From NCBI GenBank assembly GCA_963729045.1, contig CAVSMN010000007.1:1-64000 (forward strand): a DNA stretch of 64,000 nt. The letters run 5' to 3'. The notes beneath the pieces are model-generated. The model searched no databases. It worked only from the letters and a program-made list of their open reading frames with translations, and was not told the DNA's origin. A program made the translations under genes and the position numbers. The stretch is from an uncultured Nitrososphaeraceae archaeon. GTDB lineage: Archaea; Thermoproteota; Nitrososphaeria; Nitrososphaerales; Nitrososphaeraceae. How positions within the stretch are numbered: position 1 is the first letter of the stretch; every line of letters starts with the position of its first letter. Of the stretch, positions 51,889-61,867 are shown in pieces.

Positions 51889-52917
51889 ATGAGCTGTTCT
51901 GGCGAAATATATTCTCACAGTAATACTGATACTGATCTTATTCAAATCACACCTGCTGCCAAACAAAAATTAAAAAAAGCCAAATATGGAGTTTTTAATC
52001 ATTCAGCCGTAGAATTATGCCATTGGACAAAAAAATCATTTTCAGATGGTGGCTCATGTTATAAGCACAAATTTTATGGAATATCTACTCATAGATGTAT
52101 GGAAATGACTCCTACAGCTCTAAATTGTGAGAATCGATGCATTTATTGTTGGAGACCAACCGAATTTTACGACACGATGGAGATGCCGGCCCATTTGGTT
52201 GATGATCCAGAAATAATTGTTCAGAACCTTTTAGAGGAACGACGAAAATTAATTGTTGGATATTATGGGAAGACAGGAGTTAATGTCTCTAAATTGGATG
52301 AATCTCTTTTTCCAGAACATTATGCAGTTTCTCTTTCAGGGGAACCAACTATGTATCCCAAATTGCCTGAGCTAATAAAATACTTATCAGGGCTGAAGGC
52401 CACAAAGTCTATATTTTTGGTAACTAATGGCCAAGAACCTGAAATGTTGTATAGGCTAGCCAACGAAAATGCATTACCAACTCAAATCTACTTGTCCACT
52501 AACGCGTCAAACAAGAATATGTTTTATAAAATAAATGGACCAAGGCATAGAAATGCATGGGAGAGATGGCTTCAAAGTCTTAGTTTTATGTCCCAAGTTA
52601 ACACCCGCACAGTCTTACGCTTTACGTTGATTCGAAATTTCAACGATAATCCTACATTTCTTAAGGATTTTGCCGAATTAGTTGAAATAGGAAATCCACA
52701 TTTTATTGAATTGAAATCATATATGCATATTGGAATGTCTACAAACAGGTTGGAAGAATTAAATATGTTGGAGATGGATGAAGTAAGGGCGTTTTCCAGC
52801 GGATTAAAAACCCACCTTGAAGACTACTCTATAATGGATGAAAGTATAGTATCTAGAATTGTTGTTTTGCAGAACAAATCTCGATTTATTTCAAGATGGA
52901 TAGAATCTCACCATTAG
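51889..52917 (+). CDS. taw1: 4-demethylwyosine synthase (radical SAM)
   Basis: HSAVELCHWTK, CYKHKFYGI, CENRCIYCWR and SLSGEPT motifs. Confidence 0.95.
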   Translation: MSCSGEIYSHSNTDTDLIQITPAAKQKLKKAKYGVFNHSAVELCHWTKKSFSDGGSCYKHKFYGISTHRCMEMTPTALNCENRCIYCWRPTEFYDTMEMPAHLVDDPEIIVQNLLEERRKLIVGYYGKTGVNVSKLDESLFPEHYAVSLSGEPTMYPKLPELIKYLSGLKATKSIFLVTNGQEPEMLYRLANENALPTQIYLSTNASNKNMFYKINGPRHRNAWERWLQSLSFMSQVNTRTVLRFTLIRNFNDNPTFLKDFAELVEIGNPHFIELKSYMHIGMSTNRLEELNMLEMDEVRAFSSGLKTHLEDYSIMDESIVSRIVVLQNKSRFISRWIESHH

Positions 52918-52931
52918 TAAAGGCCTTGTGA

Positions 52932-53489
52932 TCATTTTGGTCTTGGGTTTAAATACCATTTCAGAAATTTGTCTAAAGCAACCTTTCTATGTGATATTTT
53001 ATTCTTTGTTTTCAAATCCATTTGACCGAACGTTAAATCCGAATTTTCCGGTACGAAAATCGGATCGAAACCCCAACCCCCGTTTGTAAGTTCGAGAGGG
53101 ATTTCGCCTTTTATCTCTCCAGTGAATGATTCAATTTTATGACCATCATGGAATGCAATTATAGATTTGAAACTCGCTTTTCTGTTTACTTTATTAGCTA
53201 GAAGGTCGAGAATACCTACATTTCCAATTGTTTTACTTACATACGAAGAATAAACACCCGGAAAATCATTTAGGGCTTCTATGAAAAGACCGTCATCTTC
53301 AACAAATATTTCTTTTTGATTAATCGTGAATGCTTGTAGGACTTTATTTTCTGCTACTTCCAATAAACTATCGGATTGAATTTCTCTCAGTTCCATCTTT
53401 TTAAATGTGACAATAATTGAATTCTTTCTGGTTGAAACTAAGTTATTTATTTCATTGTATTTGTTGATATTGCTACTTGCAAAATCCAT
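52932..53489 (-). CDS. rdgB: Non-canonical purine NTP pyrophosphatase (RdgB/HAM1)
   Basis: VEDDGL, FPGVYS, GWGFDPIF and KNKISHR motifs. Confidence 0.93.
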   Translation of the reverse strand: MDFASSNINKYNEINNLVSTRKNSIIVTFKKMELREIQSDSLLEVAENKVLQAFTINQKEIFVEDDGLFIEALNDFPGVYSSYVSKTIGNVGILDLLANKVNRKASFKSIIAFHDGHKIESFTGEIKGEIPLELTNGGWGFDPIFVPENSDLTFGQMDLKTKNKISHRKVALDKFLKWYLNPRPK

Positions 53490-53609
53490 ATCGTTATTTA
53501 ATGCGTTGTTTAATTTGATTTTACTGGGCTTTTTGTCCTTTCAGTTATCAAATTATTTAAGATAAAATATTAAATTTATATGCTGTTTTGAGATAAATTT
53601 TAGCTGTTT

Positions 53610-54653
53610 TTGAATATTGAGAATTTTCTACTAATGTTGGCTTGGCTGGGTGGGCTCATCTTGGCAAGCTGGGTACTTTCATACGGTGCGGAACATTTGT
53701 CTACCAGATTTGGAGCCAAGTTTGTAGGTAGAACCTTGCTGAGTGTCGCAACCACACTTCCAGAAATAGCAATAGTCATTTATGCAGCATCTGCGGGTCT
53801 CTATGAAGTTGCGATAGGTGCAGGGCTTGGAAGTAATATTTTGATGATGACTCTCGGTCTAGCATTAATGTTACTAATTGCAACTACCAGGTTATCAAAA
53901 GCACCGCTAAAGAGAATTGATGTTAGCACCTTCAAAATTGATAAATTGTTCCTATTGGTTTCTGCTTTAATAAGTGCAATTCTATTGCTTGACGGCTATA
54001 ATTTTATAGATGGTTTCATTTTTATTGGAATGTTTGTAGCCTACGTTTTAATAGCTTTTATAGAAATGAAGAGAGAACAAAAGAGCATCGAACCCGCTGT
54101 TGTTAAGACCGTGGAAGGGAAATCAGTTTCTGCTCCAGTTCATGTTTTAACTAATAAGAATGATATGACAAAAGCTATTTTGGCATTTCGCAGCAGGGAC
54201 CATTGGCATTTTGGTCGCTGCTGGTCCATTCATTGATTCTCTTCAGACTTTTTCTGAAGATATTGGAGTATCCACTATTGTTTTGGCAGTAATAATTAGT
54301 CCTATTGCTGGAGAAATGCCAGAAAAAATTTCTATGATGATATTAGCCAGGAAGGGGGCTGCTGGGGCTGCAATCGCTATTGCAAATGTTCTTGGGTCAA
54401 AAATACTAAATAATTCTCTCCTACTGGGTGTGGCAATCATAGCTGCCATGTATCATGGCGGGTTCTTTACTACCATTCCTAATAGCGAGATGTTATGGTT
54501 TCAGATGATGCTAGCTACTTCAATCACATTGTGGCGCTGATTCCACTGTTTAGGAGATATATTGGCATCCGTGTTGGAGTATTTCTCCTTGGACTCTACA
54601 TACTTAGCATAGTGATCCAATTTTTTGCTCCTGTAGAGATCAAACCCCATTAA
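53610..54653 (+). CDS. Sodium/calcium exchanger (CaCA) family protein; frameshifts near 54190 and 54530
   Basis: Alpha-repeats ATTLPE...GSN and AGEMPE...GSKILN; the last TM segment ends at TAA 54653. Confidence 0.87.
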
Positions 54654-54824
54654 CTTTTTTTCATAATTAATTTATCTATGTATTATTTTCAATAATTACA
54701 AGTTAATATCAAAAATGTAGTAAAAAATTCGATATGATTGACGATATAATTTATGAATTGTTAAATTTTTATATAAAAATATTATGTGTAAATTTTAAAA
54801 ACAACCCCATACTAATACTTTCTA

Positions 54825-55270
54825 ATGAATTTTACTAAATATGCATTAGGGATGTTCGTTTTTGCAGGAATTATCTCTTTAATAGCCGGTAGTGGTGGAA
54901 ATTATTTCACCCAATCTGTAAATGCTCAATCTTTAGGTGAACAAGTTGGTAATAGTATAGGAGGAGCATTAGATGAAACAGGTGAAGCAGTAAGTAATGC
55001 AACAGAAAGTGCAAGCCAAGCAGCAAATAATACAGTGAAGTGAAATGGACAAGCTGGAGATAATGCAACAGAGAGCTTAAGCGGTGCAGCAAATGAAACA
55101 GGTCAAGCAGCCAATAATGCAACAGAAAGTGCAGGTCAAGCAGCAAATAATACAGCAAGCGAAACTGGACAAGCTGCAGATAATGCAACAAGCGGAAACA
55201 GCACAAATGCAACAGAATCCAAGAATCCATTGGAAATGCTAATGAATTTGTTCAAGGGACAATCAGTAGG
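54825..55270 (+). CDS. Exported Ala/Asn/Thr-rich repeat protein; frame disrupted near 55040, 3' end uncertain
   Basis: Signal peptide; repeated ETG[E/Q]AxxNATESAxQAANNT units continue past the stop at 55043. Confidence 0.65.
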
Positions 55271-55598
55271 AATCTATCCTTATCTCTTTTTTTACTTCTT
55301 TTTTGATTTGTAAAATATTTTATAAAATAAAATAATTGGTATTATATTAACATTAACATGAAGTGAGGATTCTTTATCAATCCAAGAAATAAAATGACCA
55401 CTCCGCGATGGTACAGAATCAAGCCTAGGATCTAATATAAAGGGCCTTTTTTCAGATAAATGCTTTAGATTTAATTTAGAATTTGGTTTTGGTAAGTGGG
55501 GTTTGTGATATCTGCTTTCTACAAAATAAGAAATAAAAAAATTGGTCTGAATATTTGATCGAATAAGTTATTTATTGTGGTTTATCACACCTTACCTA

Positions 55599-56481
55599 AT
55601 GGAGCTGGTTTATGATTATCCTTTATATCGTCCACCATCTGAATCACAATCTTTAATTTTTCAAGTTACATTAGGATGTTCATTCAACAAATGCTCATTT
55701 TGTAATATGTACAGAACAAAGGAGTATTCGGAACGGTCAATTGACGAAATTTACCAAGAAATTGATTTGATGGCTAATTATTATCCAGACACCAAGCGGA
55801 TCTTCTTGGCAGATGGTGACGCGCTAAACTTGGAAACAACCAAATTGATTCATATTCTCTCAAAGATACGAAAAAAATTCAACAACTTAGAAAGGATATC
55901 AAGTTACTCGATGCCCAAAAATTTATTGGAAAAATCACATACTGAGTTGGAATCCTTGCAAAAAGCAGGATTAGATATGGTTTATTTAGGCATCGAGAGT
56001 GGCAATAATACTGTACTTAAAAAAGTAACAAAGGGTGCAACGTCTACGATGATAGTTGATAGTTGTAAAAAGGCAAAGGACACTGGATTCATTCTATCAT
56101 GTATGATCATTTTAGGTCTAGGAGGAAAGAATTATTCCAAGGTGCATGCAGAAGATACATCCAAAATAATAAGCGAGATAGAGCCGAATTATATTGGAGC
56201 ATTAACTCTTTATATGGAACCTGAAATCGAGCAGGAGTTTTATACAAAGTTCAAAGAACCATTTCATCCCACTTGACGACCTTGGTGTATTAGATGAATT
56301 GAACAGTTTGATAAATGGTATAAATGTGAGTCGTGATGTGATTTTTAGGGCAAATCATGCTTCTAACGTATACTCTATTGGTGGTACACTCCCTAAGGAC
56401 AAGTCAGATATTTTACAGAAAATCGGATATTTAAAAGGGCATCCCGAATTACTAAAACCAAAGGTGTTAAGAAGATTCTAA
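55599..56481 (+). CDS. Radical SAM protein of unknown function; frameshift near 56270
   Basis: YRPPSE, GCSFNKCSFCNMY, FLADGDAL, GIESG and FRANHASN motifs. Confidence 0.88.
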
Positions 56482-56858
56482 ATAATAGAGTGACTCTGAG
56501 TAACTCAAGAAATATTATATCTTGACACAATAGGTCAGCCTCCAAAACAAAAAAATCCACATGATTAACTTCGTGTGAGAACCGCTGCAATTTACCTGTC
56601 AGAAACTTTAATTAGAAAAATATTGAGTTAAACCTATTGTATCTATTTTGATTGCATAGCAAGTTCAATTTTATTTTCGAATAGAGTTATGAGAGTGGAT
56701 GTGAATCTCAATGGCTGTATAGAGATATTGGTTTCATTTGCTAGTTAAGAAGCTGTTTACATTGATTATATTAAAATAGTTTTCCTCCATTTAGAATCAT
56801 TTTATTATTTCAAAATGTTTCCCTGATGAACCTTTGCATTTGTTCTTATTTAGATCAA

Positions 56859-56927
56859 TTGGGTCAGTTCGTCGCAGGGTCATCATTGTGATACTCAGAC
56901 TGGAGCAGCTAATTACTTCATCCCCAA
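56859..56927 (-). ncRNA. Candidate box C/D guide sRNA
   Basis: Minus strand reads TTGGG-G-ATGAAGT(C)-16 nt-CTGA(D')-8 nt-ATGATGA(C')-12 nt-CTGA(D)-CCCAA, with a 5-bp terminal stem. Confidence 0.72.
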
Positions 56928-56992
56928 ATACATCTTTTTTCTGATGGTATTTAGACACCTTTATTCGTTTTAATTACTTTGCTGAAAGCAAT

Positions 56993-58149
56993 TCATAGGA
57001 TAATCAACTCTTTGTTAAAGGAATTAAAATTTAGCGAATCAAATCCTGAATCCAGTTTTTCCATTCTTCCTTTTACCTATGCATAAACTATCCTCTATTC
57101 TTACGCCGAATTTATTTTCCAAGTATATGCCAGGCTCTATAGTTATTGTCATATTTTCTTGGATGTGACTTGTTATTTTGGGTCTTATCCAAGGTGATTC
57201 ATGGACCTCTAGGCCGATGCCGTGACCAGTTGAGTGAATAAAATATTCTCCAAACCCTTCCTTTTGAATTATTTCTCTGCAGGCTGCATCAACCAATGCG
57301 AAATTATCAGTTTCCGATAATCGTCTAATTCCGTTTTCCTGAGCAACTTTTACAATGTCATAAACACTTTTCATCTTATTTGAAATTCTTCCTATTCCAA
57401 AAGTTCTGGTCGCATCAGAAACATAATGATCATAACTTAAAGTAATGTCTATTACTATGAATTCATCTTTCCTAATTATCCTCCTGGATGTCTCAGCATG
57501 CGGAAAAGAAGTTTGTGATCCACTTGCAATTATTAATGGGTTAGAGGTAAATTGATAAGAAGGAAATTTGGCACCCATTTTGAGGGCTTCATATACAAGT
57601 ATGGCCTGAATTTCTTCCTCAGACCATATTTACTTTAATTTCCTTGGTAGCAACTTCAAAAAGTTTATCAATTATATTAGAAGCTTTTCTTATCTTGTCA
57701 ATTTCCTGTGCATCTTTTATTTCCCTTAGTTTTTCTACCGGGTTATAGTCAACTACTAGATCCCTTTTGCCTATTTTTTTACCGAGTTCTTTGATGATGT
57801 GATGATTATTATTACTATAGAAAACGAAATAATTTTCATCTAATTGATTAAATAAAGAGTTAGTTAAGGTTTTGCCTCTTTCTGATGAAATCACATCACA
57901 ATCCTTGGACATTCTTAAAGCGCGTGAGTACTCTAGTTTTGGAACTATTAGTTTTGAATAAGTTTCAAATATGACTAAAATGCCTTCACCCCAAAAACCC
58001 GTAAGATAGAAAATGTCTTCGGGCTTATCAAGAATCATGGCCACCTTATTAGTATTCTTTTGTTTTTCTCTCTGAGTATTTATGAGTTTGATTAATTTCT
58101 CTCGCCTATTATGGTGCTGATTCAAATACCTCTCCCCATATGAGACCAA
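56993..58149 (-). CDS. Xaa-Pro aminopeptidase (M24 family); frameshifts near 57620 and 57045
   Basis: SDATRT, HSTGHGIGLEVHE, TIEPGIY and GVRIED motifs; N-terminal creatinase-like domain. Confidence 0.9.
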
Positions 58150-58205
58150 AACAAATGAATTACTTATAAATAACGGGTAGGCTTCCTGTATTTTTGAAAG
58201 TTGCC

Positions 58206-59339
58206 ATGGAATATCTAGTAATGTTGCCAGGACCGACCAATGTTCCCAACAGAGTCATGAATGCTATGTTAGCTCCTATAATTAATCATAGAAGTGAAGA
58301 TTTTAGAATACTGTATAGATCGATAATAGAAAAAACTCAAAAGCTATTTCAGACACAAGGTGACATAGTATTATTATCTTCCTCTGGTACTGGTGCAGTA
58401 GAGGCATCAGTAGTAAACCTAATAAAAAAAGATGATAAGGTGGTAATTCCTGTAAACGGTGAATTTAGCACAAGATTAGCGGATTTGATTGATAGCTGGG
58501 GAGGGAAATCTATTAGAATCGAATCGCCATATGGTGAGAACCCTCCATTCGAAAAATTCGAAGAAGTTTTTGACAAACATAAGGATATCAAAGCGTTGTA
58601 TGCAGTTTACAATGAAACTTCAACAGGAACGACAATTAGGTATATGGACAAGTTAGGTGACCTGTGTTCCAGAAATGATTGTTTCTTTATCGCAGATTCA
58701 GTATCTATATTAGGTGGTGATGAGTTGCCCGTAGATAAGTGGAATATCGATTTATGTCTCACTGCTTCTCAAAAGGCTATAGCTGCTCCTCCTGGAGTTT
58801 CCCCGATTTCCATAAGTTCAAAGGCTAAAAAGTACATCCAAGAGAATTCTGCACCTATTCTCTATTTTAACCTCAAGAGATATTTTAAATATTATCAGGA
58901 ACATTATGAAACACCTTTTACTCCTGCATTACCCTTATGTTATGCTTATGATGAAGCCCTTAATCTAATATTTGAGGAGGGGTTAGCAAATAGGATTGAC
59001 CGACACAGAAGGTGTGCGGAGGCCTTCTACGAAGGTTTGGGAGCGATGGGATTGACTCCTTACGCGAAACTCGATGCACGCAGTAACGTCGTTATTGCTG
59101 TTAATTATTTGCCTGGAATAGACGACAAGAAATTTAGAGATATCTTGTCTAATGATTTTAAGATCCTAGTCGCAGGAGGGTTTGGAAACCTCAAAGGTAA
59201 AGTTTTTAGAATCGGATCAATGGGGGAAGTTAACAAATATCATGTCGTCAGGACATTGTCTGCCATAGAGTCTGCATTGAGAATGATGAACATCGATGTG
59301 CCATCTGGTGCCATCAACAAAGCCATTGCAAAATTATAA
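58206..59339 (+). CDS. Class V PLP aminotransferase (serine-pyruvate/alanine-glyoxylate type)
   Basis: MLPGPT, NETSTG, ASQKA and FRIGSMG motifs. Confidence 0.92.
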   Translation: MEYLVMLPGPTNVPNRVMNAMLAPIINHRSEDFRILYRSIIEKTQKLFQTQGDIVLLSSSGTGAVEASVVNLIKKDDKVVIPVNGEFSTRLADLIDSWGGKSIRIESPYGENPPFEKFEEVFDKHKDIKALYAVYNETSTGTTIRYMDKLGDLCSRNDCFFIADSVSILGGDELPVDKWNIDLCLTASQKAIAAPPGVSPISISSKAKKYIQENSAPILYFNLKRYFKYYQEHYETPFTPALPLCYAYDEALNLIFEEGLANRIDRHRRCAEAFYEGLGAMGLTPYAKLDARSNVVIAVNYLPGIDDKKFRDILSNDFKILVAGGFGNLKGKVFRIGSMGEVNKYHVVRTLSAIESALRMMNIDVPSGAINKAIAKL

Positions 59340-59397
59340 AACCCTAATTTTTGTTTTATTGTCAAACTTAATATAGGGAAAATTAATAGCGAATTTT

Positions 59398-60240
59398 ATG
59401 ACATTGGAAAAAGGTTCTCTTATTCTACTTGATTATACTGCTAAGATTAAAGATACTAATGAGATTTTTGAGACAACTAGAGCGGATGATGTTAAAAATA
59501 ACCCCGACTATGATCCAAATAAGAAATATGAACCGCGTTTATTGGGTGTGGGAGAAGGCTGGGTACTGAAAAGGCTTGGACGAAGCCTTACTAGAGTCAA
59601 GTACCGATACACCGCTAAATATTGAAATTCCGCCTGAAAAGGCATTTGGTGAACGAGATCCTTCTAAAGTCCGAATGATCCCGTTACGGAAACTAGGCGA
59701 AAAAGCAAATGAAGTAAGTATCGGAGATGTAATAGAATTAGATGATCGAATTGGAATCATCCGTTTTATTGGATCTGGACGAGTTCAAGTTGATTTTAAC
59801 CACAAATATGCAGGAAGGACTCTTGTATATTCTGCAAATATTGTAAAAAAACTGGAAGATGACAATGAAAAAATTTCAAACCTGATTAGGCGACGGTTGC
59901 CTATAGATTTAGCGGAAGTTAAATATGTAAATAAAGAATCTGATCTAGAAATATCTCTTCCTGAAAATACATTCTTGATAGAGGGTATTCAAATTATCAA
60001 AAGAGGAATATCTACAGATATTTTCAAATTTATTCCGTCCCTGAAATCCATAGTATTTTTGGAGAAGTACACCAATTCTGTTTCAACCGCGGAGAAACCC
60101 TCAGAAGCGGAAAATACTGATGCTAGTGTAGACAATGATACTAGTAATGATAGGATGCTGATAAGGATAAGAAAGAAAATACAGAGATCGATGACAAATC
60201 CGCAGAGGTCAGTACTAAATCTAAAAAGGAAAAATCCTAA
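59398..60240 (+). CDS. FKBP-type peptidyl-prolyl isomerase (long archaeal SlyD-like); frameshifts near 59570 and 60150
   Basis: IFETT, IPPEKAFGERD and VDFNHKYAG motifs; a charged tail in the shifted frame ends at TAA 60240. Confidence 0.88.
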
Positions 60241-60279
60241 CTTTATTATTGTCATTGATACGCGATATAGAAATCTTTT

Positions 60280-61353
60280 TTAATCTAAAATCCCTAATTC
60301 ATCTAGAATGTCTTGATATTTTGACGGACTATAATCAAGCCTATTCAAGATGGTGTACCTTTCAGGTCGGATTTTCTTTGCAAGCAATAATGCTTCTACT
60401 AATTGATCTTTATCAACATTTATTCCCTTAGAGGTCGTGGGAGCACCAATTCTTTTTAGTGCATCTTTAATTTCTAACCAATCTAAATTATGTAATTTGG
60501 CCATTATGATAGTTCCAATCCCTACCCTTTCACCATGTAATCCGCACTTATTTTCAGTTATGTATTCTAGTGCATGGCTAAAGAGATGCTCTGACCCTGA
60601 GCACGGCCTGCTACTTCCAGCTATACCTGCCGCTACTCCAGAACTTATTAATCCTTCAACTATAGTCCTTGTTAATTGAACGGTAATTTCATTTTTGATA
60701 ATTTTCTTTGAAATATCTATAACCATTCTAGATCCTAGATGGGCCAGCTTTGCTGCATATTCGCCATAGTACTCGTTATTATAATCTCTTGCTAGTTCCC
60801 AATCCTTGATAGCAGTTGTCTTTGCAATCAAATCTCCGCATCCACTGGCGATTAGCCTATAGGGGGCGTTTGAAATAATGTCTAAATCTCCTATAATCTC
60901 AATAGGTGTATCTGCCTTTATAGAATAAGGTCTATCATTTCCCTTAAGCGAGACAAAAGGACTAGATATTCCATCATGTGATGCTGATGTGGGGATACTG
61001 ACAAACGAGACTCTCAGCCTCGTCGCTATCATTTTTCCTAGATCTATACATCTACCTCCTCCCAGGCCTATAATGATGGAGATGTTCCTATCATTTAGTA
61101 GATTCGTAATCGAGTCGACTTGTTGGAATGATGCTTCTTTTGCAATTATCCATTCAAATTGGAGATTACTTTCAGCTAAACTCTCTTCTATAATCCCTGC
61201 TGTTTTATTTTTAACATTTTTACCAGTTATGATCGCAATTTTATTAATATTTTGGTCACTATTTTTGATGAACTCTCCTGAATTCCTTAAAATATTGTTC
61301 CCTATTATTACCTTCCTAGGTAACTGCATTACATGAGTCAAGCGGTAACTCAT
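60280..61353 (-). CDS. egsA: sn-glycerol-1-phosphate dehydrogenase
   Basis: GLGGGRCID, PTSASHDG, SRPCSGSEHLFSH and HGERVG motifs. Confidence 0.95.
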   Translation of the reverse strand: MSYRLTHVMQLPRKVIIGNNILRNSGEFIKNSDQNINKIAIITGKNVKNKTAGIIEESLAESNLQFEWIIAKEASFQQVDSITNLLNDRNISIIIGLGGGRCIDLGKMIATRLRVSFVSIPTSASHDGISSPFVSLKGNDRPYSIKADTPIEIIGDLDIISNAPYRLIASGCGDLIAKTTAIKDWELARDYNNEYYGEYAAKLAHLGSRMVIDISKKIIKNEITVQLTRTIVEGLISSGVAAGIAGSSRPCSGSEHLFSHALEYITENKCGLHGERVGIGTIIMAKLHNLDWLEIKDALKRIGAPTTSKGINVDKDQLVEALLLAKKIRPERYTILNRLDYSPSKYQDILDELGILD

Positions 61354-61408
61354 TTATTCATAAATAATTGAGAAAATTTGTGAAAAAAACTAGAAAAGTT
61401 TTTTAAGG

Positions 61409-61756
61409 TTATTCTTCAGGTTTAGCTTCTACCAAATCTGCTGTAGCATAACCTCTTCCTACTCGAGTAATCTTAACTTTGACTTTGTCTCCTACTTTCG
61501 TATTCGGAACGAAAATTACTAATCCTTGAATCCTTCCTACACCTGCATCCCCTCTTTTACTCATAGATTCTATATCTATCTCGTGTTCTTCTCCTGCATT
61601 TACTGGAGATGGCTTAAAAAATCTATTGTAGCTACCGCCTCCATTGCCATTACTGCCTCCATTGCTATTACTCCTATTATTGGGGTATCTTCTTTGACCA
61701 TTGTCACCTTGTGAAATTTGTTCTATTCCTGATGGTTGTGATTCACTGTTTTCCAA
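61409..61756 (-). CDS. Single TRAM-domain RNA-binding protein
   Basis: PVNAGEEHEIDIE...GDAGVGRIQGLVIFVP...GDKVKVKIT. Confidence 0.9.
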   Translation of the reverse strand: MENSESQPSGIEQISQGDNGQRRYPNNRSNSNGGSNGNGGGSYNRFFKPSPVNAGEEHEIDIESMSKRGDAGVGRIQGLVIFVPNTKVGDKVKVKITRVGRGYATADLVEAKPEE

Positions 61757-61867
61757 ACTATATCAGTACACTACTATAATATTATTGGATATTTCAACTT
61801 TGATATTATGAGATCACAGAAATAGGTAAATTATGTTAAAATACTTTTTTATTTATTAAAATACTGT

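Noticed and set aside
55358..55417. Second possible C/D sRNA (ATGAAGT...ATGACCA...CAGA)
   Set aside because: Three of the four boxes are degenerate and there is no terminal stem.
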